From assembly GCF_009914755.1 (NCBI RefSeq), contig NC_060926.1: a DNA stretch of 64,000 bases; one strand, written 5' to 3'. Numbering within the stretch: the first letter of the stretch is position 1; the number at the start of each line of letters is the position of its first letter. Origin of the DNA: the human T2T-CHM13v2.0 reference genome, Homo sapiens. The position numbers and the translations under genes are program-made. Positions 53,868 to 64,000 of this stretch are shown one piece after another. The notes below the pieces were generated by a model. The model saw nothing but the letters and a program-made list of their open reading frames with translations. It was not told the origin of the DNA and searched no databases.

Positions 53868-56800
53868 CAAAAGTGCCAGGAAGAGATGGCCAGATATCAA
53901 AGTTTTTAACCATTAGTTCATTCAGGGGGAAAAACCTTTTTTAGAATTAAAAATTAAAGGGTTAAAATATGTAAGCAATACCATCGGGGTGGTTTATGTG
54001 AAAGCTACTCACTGTGTTCTTAGAGTAAGATATCTTCTAGCAACAGACTTGGGTTTTCAGAGTTGTCTGAATTCTGGAGAAAGACCTTGGCAAAATGGAG
54101 AAAAGAAAAAGAGAATTTGGAGAAAGAGGAGGAGATTACACATCTCTTGTTAGTTGAGATAAGGCTCAGACAGAAAAAAATGATTAATTACTATTATTAA
54201 ACTCTAAGACCATCGTCTCCATCTCATTTTATTCCTATTTGGTACTTGTTATTCATGCACATCTTTAGAAGGCATATGTCACAAGTCTATACAAAAGCCT
54301 CTACTAAATAAACAGATGGGTGGTCAGGGAAGAAATAATATTAGTTGGGGAAATAGACATCACATCTTTCCCACCTTTTGAGACAACTCAAAGGACTAAA
54401 ATCAAAAATAAAATCTGACAAGAGAAAATATACCCAGAGGGTAGAAGTTATAAAGGAAAGCATTAAGGAATATAAGCAAATAAAAGAAATATAAAAGGAT
54501 GTGGACATATGTACTATTTGGCATTTAAAAACTGAGTGTTTCTAGGACATAGAAAATGAAACTAAAGCAATGATAAGATTAAGCATTTGTGCACTGTAAT
54601 ATTCAAAATGAGTGAAAATAAAGATATGTTTAGGTGATACCTGTATCCAAATATTTTCAAGGGAGCCAAGGTGAGAAATTCCAAAAATGTCATATATTGT
54701 TATATTGGCCAACCTCCATTGTCCCATTAAATAAAAAAGCAATGAAATACTTGACATTGTAAGAAATACATAATTGCTGCGGAACTGTAAATTAAGTCTA
54801 ACAGAAATCTTTAAAAATAATTACTCTTGCAGAAAGTTAGAGTACATGTAGCTTTCACTATTCCTCCCACTAAGTGTGACTATAAACCTTGAGTATCAAA
54901 AGGTGGAGAGAGGAAGGAAGAATGGCTAGGGACTCTGCTATCCAAGAATTGACAAAGTGGAGAGTTACTTGGGCTTTCATTTTGCTTTGTATATCTCTAA
55001 ATACATATTAGAGAAACCAGCAGCCAGGAAATGCCTAAGAATACAGACAAAAAGGGCACCAAGTAAAGCTTGATCACTCTAACAAAAGGACACAGAGAGG
55101 GGCAGCCTAGCAAGACAAAAGAAAACTTTTATTAGACAATAACTGCTCTGCAAGCCTGGTGGAGTATCTCAACTTCTACCTTGAGAGGTTGTAATAAGGT
55201 GACCCAATCACACTGTTTGGGTGGCATCTGAGAATGCTGAGTAGGGAGCTGAGACTTTCATTCTTCCAATGTAGTAACAAATCTTCCAACACTCCCCTCA
55301 CACACCACCCTATGTCAATAGAAACCACATGGACAGTCTAGACTTTTATCTACATACTACTGAAATGTGGTAGGAGGCCTGGTGAAGAGTCAGGATGTCT
55401 AAAGCAGTAAAGTGGTAATGAGCCACCCCACACCCCTTAGAAACACACTGCCATTGTTTTAGTTGAGGCCACTGCCATCAACACTAATGAGATGCCCCTC
55501 ACCACAAATCAACAAAGAGTTACTACATAACCTGGGCTTCCTCTGAACTTCCAACCCAACCTTTCAGTAAAGAGGCTGTGGCTTTTCTCTGGCCCTTCAT
55601 TCCCTGACATTGAGCAGTGTAACAAAAGAGTTGCTGAAACATGAGATTTAAATATGGTTCAGAGTCTCTCAATGTAATACCTAACATGAATAGGTTTCAT
55701 CAAAAAACAATCCTCATATCAAAGACCAGGAAGATCCCAACTTTCAATAAGAAAAGAAAATTGACAGATGCCAACATCAAGATGACACAGGTGTTAAAAT
55801 GTTCTGATAAGAGCTTTAAAAAGCCATTACAAAAATGAAATGAGTAATTACAAACACACTTAAATAAAAATAGAAAGTCTCGGAAATGAAACAGAAAGTC
55901 TAAGCAAATAAATAAAAGATATAAAGAAGAATCAAAATGTTAGAACTGAAAAATATAATTAACAACAAATCCTCAATGGATAGGCTCAATAAGAGAATTG
56001 AGAGCAATCAGGGACTTATGAGACTATAAAAAAACTTCTAACATTAATGTCAATGGAGTCCAAAAATGAGGAGCAGAGAGTGTAGAGCTGAAACGGTTTT
56101 TGAAGTATGACTGAAAATTTCCAAAATTTGCCAAAATTAATAAGCTTACAGATTCAAAAAGCAGAGTAAACCCCAAAGAAGTTAAACCCAAATAATTCCA
56201 TGTCCAAGACACACCATACTGAAACTTTTAAAATTAAATGGGAGGAGAATAAAGGGACATAAAAAGAGGTAAGATTTTTACACTTCACTTAAAGTGATAA
56301 AAAAATTGACACTAGTAGATTGGGATAAAAATATAATATTAATAGCAATCACTAAAAGAGATATATAGAAATATACTTTAAAATTTATACTATATATAAA
56401 TCAAAATGAAATTCCAAAAATGCTCAACCTATAGGAAGAAACAAAAAAGAAAGCTAGGGGATTAAAACAAAAACAGAGAAGAAACAGAACAAAAAATATA
56501 TAATGACCAGTTTACACTCTAATCCCTAATTATATTAAATGTAAATGATCTAAATGCACCAATTAAAATACAAAAATCGGTAGCATGGATTTAAATAAAC
56601 AACCCAATTATATACTGTCTACAAGAAGCTCATTTCCACAATTGTACTTGGGCATTTCAACAAACTTCTCACAACAAGTAAAAGACAACTGTCCAGATAA
56701 TCAGCAAAAATATAGTACTCAAAATCACGATCCATCAACAGGATCATACTTGTATCCAGTGCCCACAGAATACATCCCAATGAAGACCACATCCTGGGCC

Positions 56801-57107
56801 ATAAAACAAACTTCAACAAATTCAAAGAAATTGAAATCATAAACAGTTTGGTTTTTGACTATAATGGAATCAAACTAGAAATCAATAACAAAAAAAAACA
56901 AAAAAGAAAAAGTACCAAGCAATTGGAACTCAAAAAACACACTGCTAAATATTCATGAGTGGAAGAAAAAATTTAAAGGAAAAGCTAAAAGCACATTGAA
57001 TGCAAGAAAATGAAAATACAACATATTAAAATTTGTAGATGACAGCTCAAGCAGTATTAAAAAAGGAAATTTACAGTACTAAACATTCATATTAGAAAAG
57101 AAGAAAA

Positions 57108-57402
57108 GCCGGGCATGGTGGCTCAGCCTGTAATCCCAGCATTTTGGGAGTCAGAGGCAGGCGGATCACCTGAGGTCAGGAGTTCAAGACCAGCCTGTCC
57201 AACATGGCAAAACCCTGTCTCTACTAAAAATGCAAAATTTAGCCAGGCATGGTGGCACATGCCTGCAGTTCCAGCTACTCGGGAGGATGAGGCAAGAGAA
57301 TGGCTTGAACCCAGGAGGAAGAGCTTACGGTGAACTGATATGGCACCACTGCACTCCAGCCTAGGCAACAGAGCGAGACTGTCTCCAAAAAAAAAAAAAA
57401 AA
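57108..57402 (+). mobile_element. AluSx
   Basis: Full dimer; TSD aaaaga(a/g)gaaaag. Confidence 0.97.
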
Positions 57403-59351
57403 GAGGAAAAGTCTTATATCGGTAATCTAAGCTCCCACTTCAAGAAAATAGAACAGAAAAACATAAACCTAGCAGAAGAAAAGATATAACAATAGAAATA
57501 AATGAAATTGAAAACAAAAAAAGAGAAAAGACAATGAAAAAATGTCTTATTTTAACAAAAATCAACAAAGCTGACTAATCTTTAGCTAGCCTGACAAAGA
57601 AAAAAAAGAGAGAAGCCACAGATTACTAATATTAGGAATGAAACATTGGATATTATTACAGACTGCAGATTTCCAAAGGATAATATGAAAATATTAGAAA
57701 TAACTCTACAAACATAAATTTGACAGCTTAGATGAAATTGATCAATTTCCTGAAAATCAAAAATGATGCAAACTCACCCAATAAAAAATATACAACTTTA
57801 ATAGCTTTATAACTGCTTGAAATTTTAATTCATAATTAAATTCCCCACCTTCCCCCGCCTGGCAAAATCTTCAGATCAAAATGTTTTCATTGGAGAATTC
57901 TGTGAAACATTTAAGTAAGAATCAGCATCAATTCTACACAATCTCTTCCAGTAAATGGAATAAGAAGAGACACTTTCTAATACGTTATGTGAAGCCAGTA
58001 ATACTCTTATATAAGAATCATACAGACAATACCACAAAAGAAAATTACAAAACCCTCATAAATATAGGGGCAGAAATTCTCAACAACATATTAGCATATA
58101 GAACTCAGCAATATATAAAAATAATTATACAATATGATTGAGAGAGATTTCTTCCACAGATACAAGGCTGGAACAACAGTCAAAAGTTAATTAATCCATA
58201 TTAACAAGCTAAAGAAGATAAATAATAATATTTGATGCAAAAGAAAACGTTTGATGAAATTCAATATCTGGTCATGATAAAAAAAACTCAGAAAACTAGA
58301 ACTAAAGGGGACTTTTTCAACTTGATTGAAAAAATATACCAAAATATTATCGCTAACCACATACCTAATGGTAAAAAATTAAACACTTTCTCTCTAATAT
58401 CAGGAACAAAGTTAGGATGTTCTTTCTTACCAACTTATTCAATATAGTGCCAGAAATTTTAGCTGGCATGATAAGGCAAAAGAAAAAATGGCATATAGAT
58501 GAGAAAAGAAGAAAGAAAACTATTTCTATTTACAGATGACATGAAGGTTTCCATAGAAAATCTAAAGAAGTAAAAAAAAACCTAGAATGAATAATTGAAT
58601 TCAGCATAGTTGCAGGATAAAAGATCAAGACACCGAATCAGTCGCATTTTTATACTAGCAGTGAAAACATGGAAACAAATTAAAATTACAATACCATTTA
58701 CAATTAACCAAAAAATTGAAATATGCAGGTGTAAATCTAATGTATAGGAGGTGAATGTTAAAAAGTGAAAAAACACTAATTAAAGGGATCAAAGACAAGT
58801 AAATAAATGGAAAAACTTAATGTGTTCATGGATTGGAAGACAGCATGGTAAAGTTGTCAATTCTTCTCAAATTGATGCACAGGCTTATGCAATTCTGATC
58901 AAAATCCCAGGAAGATATTTTTATAGATATAGAAAAGATCTAAACTCTCATGGAAATACAAAATAATTAGAATGGCTAAAGCAACTTTAAATAATAAATA
59001 TAAAATAAAGGCATTATTGTACTTGTTGTCAAGACTTACTATATAATTATAGTCATCAAGATCGTGTTGTATTGGCAATCTACAGGTAGATCTATGTAAC
59101 AGAATAGAAAATCCAGAAATTGTCAAAAAATAATATTGTACTATTATAAATCATATTTATCATATTGTATTGGTCTAAGATACAAAAGCAATTCAATGCA
59201 AAAAAATAGTTTATCAACAAATAATGCTAGAGCAATTAGATACACATAAGCAAAAAAGAAAAAGGAAACAAGATTTTAAATCTAAAACTCACACTTTATC
59301 CAAAGCTAACTCAATATGGATCATATACTTAAATGTAAAACATGAAACTAA

Positions 59352-59662
59352 ATAAGGGGATGGAAGAGATAGTGTGAAGTTGGTTAATAGATGGAAAAGT
59401 ATAGCTAGATCGAAAGAGTAAGCTCTAATGTTCTATAGTACTACAGGGTGACTATAATTAACAATAATTTATTGTATATTTTCAAACAGAATATTTTGAA
59501 TGTCCCAGCACAAAGAAATGAGAAATGTGTGAGGTGATGGATATGTTAATTACTCTGATGTGATCATTATACATTGTATACATGTATGAAAATATCACAC
59601 CATGCCCCACAAATATGTAAAATTAGTATATGCCAATTAAAAATAGTAATAAAAGCAAAAAA
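59352..59662 (+). mobile_element. L1MA 3' end nested in the older L1
   Basis: gaagttggttaat...agctagat...gtgaggtgatggatatgttaattac...aatatcacac. Confidence 0.85.
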
Positions 59663-60935
59663 TGTTTAGGAAAAAACAATAGGTAAAATGTTCAGGTTCT
59701 AATTTTTGGTAAAGAGTTCTTGGATATGCCACCAAAAGCACAAAAGAACAATTGATAAATTAGAACTTCATCAAAATTAAAACCATTTGCTCTTTGGAAG
59801 ACCCTGTTAAGAGAAATAGAAGAAGAGCTGCAATCTTGGAGAAAATATTTGCAAACCACATTTCTGACAGAGAACTCATATCTAAAATATATAAAGAACT
59901 CTCAAAACTCAGTGGCTAAGAAACAGCCAGTAAGAAAATGGGCAAAAGACATGAAGAAATGTTTCATGAAAGTGGAGCTATGAATGACAAATATGCACAT
60001 GAAAAGATGTGTAAATCACTAGCTATAAGAGATAGGCAAATTAAGACCACAATTAGATATCACTACACATCTCTCAGAATAGCTAACATAAAAGTAGTGA
60101 CAACACCAAATGCTAGACAAGATGCTGAGAAACTAAATCTCTCCAGCACTACTGATGGAAATTTCCAGTGACCCCTTGGGAAATTAGTTTGGAACTTGCT
60201 TTAAAAAGTAAATATATGTTTACCATGCAATCTGGTTTTTGTACCCTTGGGCATCTGTCCCAGAGAAATGAAAATATATTTACGCAAAAATCCTGTACAT
60301 CATTGCTCATAACAACTTTGTTCATAATAGCCGAAAAGTGGGCAAAACCAAATGTCTCTAAATGGGTGATCAATGATTAACTGGGACACCCACACCAGGC
60401 AATACCACTCAATAATGAAAAGGAGTGAATTACTGATACACCCAACAAATAGTTGAACTCCCTTTTGCTGATAATTCCATTGATGTAACATTTTCAGATG
60501 ACAAAACTACAAAGTTGAAAAACAGATTAGTGTTTGCCTTTGGTTTGGAATGGTGGAGGAGGTGGAAAGGGGTCAGTGCAACTATAAAAAGGGAACAGGA
60601 GAAAGATCTTTGAGATGAAGGAATATTTATCTGTCTTGATCAGGATGGTGACTACACATGTGATTAAAATGACATAGAAGCAAACACATGCTTTACTGCA
60701 ATGTGAACTTCTTGATTTTCATAGTTGTGCTATAATTATCTAAGTTCTAACCATGACAGCAAACTGGGTGAAGAAGACACAGGAACTCTCTGTGCAATCT
60801 TTGCAACTTCCCATGAATCCATAATTATTTTAAAATAAAATGTTTAAGAAATAATAACTAGTCTTCAACCTTCAGTATCTTTCTAACAGAATTGCCTTTT
60901 TATTGATGAAAAGAAATGATGGGAACATTCTAGTC

Positions 60936-61128
60936 CAGTGATTATAAAGATGGTCCTAGGAACAGCATGAGTAGCAACATCAGCACCACCTGGGAACTCA
61001 CAAAAAATGCAAATACTCAGCCTGACTTCAGACCCACTCAGTCAGAAACTCTCAGAGTGGGCCTAGCAGTTTGTGTTTTAAGAAGCCTCCTGGTGAATCT
61101 GATGCATGTTGAAGTTTGAAAACCACTG
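60936..61128 (+). mobile_element. MER5A (hAT-Charlie)
   Basis: cagtg...catcagcaccacctgggaact...aaatgcaaat...agtttgaaaaccactg TIRs. Confidence 0.9.
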
Positions 61129-61464
61129 GCCCAGGAGCAAGGAGTCCTAGTCTTGAGCAAGATCATGACTATAGCCTGAAGAAAAGCCATATTCCCTCTG
61201 GCATGGCTATATCCACGCTCTCTCCATATCATGTGAAAATTAACAAAGTGCTGCACGTTGTACTCCACAGACTTCTCCATACGATCATACACTCGAAATC
61301 ATTAAACGTGAATACTGAGCATTTCAAAGTAAATATATTCAAAGTCATTACAATTAACTCAACTTTACACTGTTATGATTATACTCTTCATTCACTCTAG
61401 TCCCAGATTTATTTGAAACTCTAAAATGTTAAATCCAAGGTCATATCTAGACACAGGTGCCTTT

Positions 61465-61850
61465 CAATAATGTAAAATCATAATTATAATACTTGCCTGC
61501 TCACTTCACAGGAATTTTGTTAAATCATATGAGATAATTTATTTGAAGGATTTGTGAAATACTTCCACAGCCTACACAAATAGTTTTTATCACAATCAAT
61601 TATAATATATATTTCAATACTTAATAATAAATATTTTGTCAATATTCTCAATATGCACTTATCACTTCTTAGCCAATTCTCACATGGCCAGTGGCTTGCA
61701 TATGCAATCTCTAGCCTTCATAGGAGATGCTCATTACAGATAATTGTAACTACATATGACTCTGAGAGGAGGGATAAATGCCCATGGACTCATCATTGCT
61801 GGTCAAACTCAGATTTGAAGCAGACTAGCAGATTCCAAATATGGCACTGT
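61465..61850. mobile_element. MIR remnants (two orientations)
   Basis: tgtaaaat...cacttcacaggaattttgt...tgagataat; ttacagat...gactctgagagg...tcaaactcagat. Confidence 0.55.
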
Positions 61851-62405
61851 TCTTTCTCACTACATCTCTGGCCTTCTCAGTCACAAAGACACTTTCCAGA
61901 CACCAAAAAGAAAAAAAAAACAACAACATTAAGCAGTCAGCTGATTTTCTTACTTTTCGATCTAAAACATATTCAAGTTATCAACTGTGAATAACCATTG
62001 TCAATTGCCAATGAACGTAGTAAAAAGAAAAAGGATTGTGTGTGTGATTGCACACACATAACTATAGAGCTATCTCATGTTAGAAAGTGGGTTTGCATCT
62101 GGAGTTAAAACTGAAAAAAAAGTTAACAGCACTTTTTGTGGAAGACTCCTTGACAAAAACCGAATTTTATGAGTTTTCTTTGTGAAGAATAAAAGGAAGT
62201 TTATTGTAACAGGAACAGTGGAAAGGAGTAAGGGGAAAGAAAGAAGATATGCCAGTAAATAGTTAAGCTGACTTTCTAGGAAACATTCCCAAATGATGAG
62301 CCAATTCTTATTTATTTAAATAAAGTGACAAAGCTATGGAAATAGGATGCAAGTATTTTGTATTATAATCACATTCTTGTGTCCATGGCTTTGAAAATTA
62401 CTAAT

Positions 62406-63309
62406 CTACTCATCTGACAAAGGGCTAATACGCTACAAAGAGCTCAAACAAATTTACAAGAAAAAAAACAAACAACCCCTTCAAAAAGTGGGCAAAGGAT
62501 ATGAACAGACATTTCTCAAAAGAAGAGATTTATGCAGCCAAAAGACACATGAAAAAATGCTCATCATCACTGGCCATCAGAGAAATGCAAATCAAAACCA
62601 CAATGAGATATCATCTCACACCAGTTAGAATGGCGATCATTAAAATGTCAGGAAACAACAGGTGCTGGAGAGGATGTGGAGAAATAGGAACACTTTTACA
62701 CCGTTGGTGGAACTGTAAACTAGTTCAACCCTTGTGGAAGACAGTGTGGAGATTCCTCAGGGAACTAGAACTAGAAATACCATTTGACCCAGCCATCCCA
62801 TTACTGGGTATATACCCAAAGGAATATAAATCATGCTGCTATAAAGACACATGCACACATCTGTTTATTGCGGCACTATTCACAATAGCAAAGACTTGGA
62901 ACCAACCCAAATGTCCAACAATGATAGACTGGATTAAGAAAATGTGGCACATATACACCATGGAATACTATGCAGACATAAAAAATGATGAGTTCATGTC
63001 CTTTGTAGGGACATGGATGAAGCTAGAAACCATCATTCTCAGCAAACTATCGCAAGGACATAAAAACAAACACCGCATGTTCTCACTCATAGGTGGGAGT
63101 TGAACAATGAGTACACTTGGACACAGGAAGGGGAACATCACACACTGGGACCTGCTGTCGGGTGGGGGGAGGGGGGAGGGATAGCATTAAGAGATATACC
63201 TAATGTTAAATGAAGAGTTAATGGGTGCAGCACACCAACATGGCACATGTATGCATATGTAACAAACCTGCACGTTGTGCCCATGTACCCTGGAACTTAA
63301 AGTATAATA

Positions 63310-63343
<34 letters not shown>
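62406..63343 (+). mobile_element. L1PA4/5-type 5'-truncated LINE-1 with (TA)n tail
   Basis: Perfect 13-bp TSD gaaaattactaat (62393-62405, 63344-63356); ORF2 end, 3' UTR G-tract. Confidence 0.97.
62501..63103 (+). pseudogene. L1 ORF2p C-terminal 200 aa (cysteine-rich region), non-autonomous fragment
   Basis: [47 protein letters not shown]...[13 protein letters not shown]...[10 protein letters not shown]; no endonuclease or RT domain. Confidence 0.93.
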
Positions 63344-63344
<1 letters not shown>

Positions 63345-64000
63345 AAAATTACTAATAGTCCCCAAATGTACATAAGTTCAGGGACTCAAAGTAAATTTAG
63401 GGAAGATGGTCAAGTAATGCAATAGCTGATGATGAGCAGGAAGCCACTGCCAGGAAAGAGAGAAGGCAGCAGGCTTCGGGTGGATTTGGTAATAGGCCTG
63501 CTGTTTATGCACATAGGTCAAACTGAAAGCGTGTTCTATTACATAAGGGTGATGAATCTGCTCAACACATTTCCTCTATTGGCAGGTGAAACTAAATTTG
63601 TTTAAATGGCATAATCTAAATTTCTGTCTGAAGAGAATTCACTAAAAAAAAGGGCACTCCATGCCAAGTTTAGTGCCCTCCACAGAGACAGCTCACTGCA
63701 AAATAGTCACTCCAACCATAAAAATGATCCTGGTTTGGATCCAAATACTGAATAATAAAAATGCTAGATTTGGGGAGAGTGCATTCTTTGCAAAAGTGTG
63801 ATAAGAGGTGGGAACAATCCAGGGGGATAAAGTAATGGAATTCTACAAAGGCCAGCAAGGGGAAATGGAAAATATTTAATGACAAATTAATGTATGCCCA
63901 AGGGTTAGGAATGTCACATACCAATAAGTACAGCCGGAGTGAACAAAAGTCAATGTGGATAAATCAGGAGGTGCAGAAAGCAATCAAGGTATGAGAGAGA

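Larger units (their letters stand above)
54850..60850 (+). mobile_element. Long decayed L1MD/MC-type LINE-1 (5' UTR, partial ORF1, ORF2, 3' UTR)
   Basis: ORF2 remnants (58232 KTFDEIQYLVMIKK...FFNLIEKIY; 59938 SLAIRDRQIKTTIRYHYT); 3' UTR aggaactctctgtgcaatctttgcaacttcc. Confidence 0.88.

Noticed and set aside
63468-63505. Inverted repeat cagcaggc...gcctgctg as a possible miRNA or structured RNA
   Set aside because: Stem of only about 8-10 bp, too short for a pre-miRNA and expected by chance
63670-63924. 84-aa minus-strand ORF
   Set aside because: No homology recognised and no clear splice signals

Overview
AT-rich, very repeat-dense primate (human or ape-like) genomic DNA. I recognise no intact protein-coding gene, tRNA, rRNA or CRISPR array. 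More than half of the window is transposon-derived: 16 Alu elements, L1 fragments of many ages (L1ME/MD/MC/MB/MA to young L1PA), solo LTRs (MER52, MER9, MER4D, MLT1, LTR47-like, a MER4-group LTR), DNA transposons (Tigger1, MER20, MER3, MER5A), L2/MIR remnants and microsatellites. The only ORF with a recognisable protein is the L1 ORF2 C-terminus (62501-63103). Best non-repeat leads: a CpG-retaining AT-rich block at about 20.9-21.9 kb with a nearby G-quadruplex/GC-box; minus-strand exon-like segments with consensus splice sites (32300-32421, 21861-21953, weaker ones near 29 kb and 1.1 kb); and an enhancer-like block at about 48.2-48.9 kb. Clear retrotransposition records include two twin-primed L1 inversions and nested insertions with readable target-site duplications (TSDs). 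I found no convincing new biological system. Subfamily names come from remembered consensus sequences, and boundaries of old elements are approximate.
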